From NCBI GenBank assembly GCA_965112735.1, contig OZ218953.1, forward strand, positions 1,116,001-1,180,000: DNA of 64,000 nt, in the 5' to 3' direction. A program made the position numbers and the translations under genes. Positions 62,468 through 64,000 of the stretch are shown piece after piece (the first letter of the stretch is position 1; every line of letters starts with the position of its first letter). The DNA comes from Phaeosaccion multiseriatum. Its lineage: Eukaryota > Protista > Ochrophyta, other classes. A model generated the notes under the pieces. That model ran no database searches. It saw nothing but the letters and a program-made list of their open reading frames with translations, and had not been told where the DNA came from.

Positions 62468-63276
62468 CAGACACTGCGCATGCACCTGCCTGTAAATCAA
62501 TCTAGTTCCCATTATGCTTTTGCCTCCTCCTCGGCGACTCGCCATTCTTTCTCCAGTGTCTCGTATCCGAAGGAAGGAGGCCCTCGGCATCCTCACCTCA
62601 ACACCAACAGGCCTTCGTAGCTGCGGGTTCAGGCGAGAGGGAGAGCGACGCACGAGGGCTAACAAGGCCGACCCCGCCCTGACTGAGGCGGGGGAGGAAC
62701 AGAGACTGCCTGCGAGCAGACTGCACGCACATAGCTTCCAGCGTCATCCCGTCTGCCTCTGCCCAAAGCTTGCGCCTGACGGGTGCTGCTGCCCGATGTG
62801 AATCTGCCGCTACCGCTACTGCCCTTGCGCACAGAGCCGCAGAGTCCGACTTTTTCCGCGCCACACCCCTCACAGAGAGCCCTGGGGGCGCTGTTTGTCG
62901 GGCCCACTGGAGCCTGTGCTGGTGCCGGTGCGGTCGTGCGGCTGTTTGTGTTTGGTGGAGGAGGGCGTCCAGTGCTGCAGCGGAGATGGACACTTGCCCA
63001 CAAAAGTTGCACGTATCTTCTTACTACCTCGACATCAGCTCACTGTGCAACCAAAGTTGACGAGTACCACGGGGGGGTCTTCCTGCTTACTCAGCTGCAA
63101 TAGAAGCGAAGCGAAGGAGGGTGACCGGGCGAAGAGAGCAGCGTGAGTACGAGCATGGCCCCAGAGCGCGTAAGGGGGGCTGAGGGGCCATGTGTATCGG
63201 GAAGAATCTTGGGCAGATGGAGGGTGGGGTGAATCTTCGCTTCTGCGGCAGTGTCACACCCAATTTCACACTCACA

Positions 63277-64000
63277 TGAACCCACTTGCCCAGCCCCCTG
63301 TAGTGCGAGTTGGCAGTCTTGACCACTACCGTGGAGACAGCTGCTCCGACGACAGACTTGAGCCACCATCCGAGAGGAAGGCAGCCCACGCTCAGCGCCA
63401 GCGCCCCACCCGCCATGGTGCTGCCCCACAGCAGACTGTTGTTAGACGAGATGACGTAGATGGCGTACCGAATCTGATACACCATCGGGTAGGGAGTGAT
63501 TGATGGTTAGTGAGGGAGGCCGCGCGCAAGAGAGGGGTGAAGCACGCACACGGGGCAGAGAGGGTGCAAGAGTGTCTGCTGCGCGGAAGGGAAGGCTACA
63601 AGATTCATTCAATACTCACATTATCTTTGACCCTCTCTCTGTCGAACCTTCGGCGGTGTCGAGAGTAGGCATTGCTCCTGCAGAGCAAATGTGACACAAG
63701 CATAAGACCAACCTTGAGCATTTTCCATATGGTTTCCCGTCTTCGACCAAACCTGAGCATTCTCTACATGTCTATCGCCTCCAGAAAGTGTAGCCGAGGC
63801 ACTACAACCCTGAGGGGGAAGATACGAGGGAGGAAGCGGAGCACTCACCAGAGCGCGCCGCCAAATGCGAAGCAGGCGGCTTTCACGGCAAAGGAGAGAA
63901 AACGATCGGCCCCAAGAGCGTAGCGCAAGTACAGTGCCGCCACGCCCGTCGTGAGCGTCGCCTTCCTCCCCAGGATACTCCCCAGCCCCCCCCCCATGTA
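63277..64000 (-). CDS. Partial multi-exon gene, probable membrane protein, running in from the window end
   Basis: Exon-like segments ..LYLRYALGADRFLSFAVKAACFAFGGAL|WVVVPRLHFLEAID|MSNAYSRHRRRFDRERVKDN|IRYAIYVISSNNSLLWGSTMAGGALALSVGCLPLGWWLK..KWVH| with GT-AG boundaries. 3' end unresolved. Confidence 0.5.

Overview
Eukaryotic nuclear DNA, GC-rich and gene-dense, with GT-AG introns packed with microsatellites. Flagellar genes (IFT20, EFCAB10-like), the ankyrin-repeat style and RxL/LRG-type secreted proteins suggest a flagellated stramenopile (inference only). Most entries in the ORF track are microsatellite or antisense artefacts, so genes were rebuilt by hand from splice sites and reading-frame phase. 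Recognisable genes: p47-type SEP-UBX protein, intronless cytosolic glutamyl-tRNA synthetase, ACC-synthase-like aminotransferase, signal-peptide-bearing soluble fumarate reductase, EFCAB10-like protein, a 16-kb CHD3/Mi-2 remodeller, an ankyrin-PNPO fusion, a YbaK-like protein, a BAR-SH3 protein and IFT20. The most novel region is 23.3-29.5 kb, a cluster of small secreted precursor genes. Gene A is an RxL-processed, silaffin/cingulin-like Gly-Ser-Arg-Trp-Tyr peptide. Gene C is an acidic-pro/RGG-tail peptide sharing A's signal-peptide exon. Gene E has a somatomedin-B domain split by a cleavable acidic insert. All three share a CAATC + AAGGGTTC upstream motif, and A and C sit in a ~3.9-kb inverted duplication with reciprocal pseudogenisation. 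Two further DNA-level signals stand out: a dispersed 12-15-bp motif (TGTATCACCAAC, 11 exact copies) in exons, introns and intergenic DNA in both orientations, and two copies of a MITE family bracketing the CHD gene. No rRNA, tRNA or CRISPR array was recognised.
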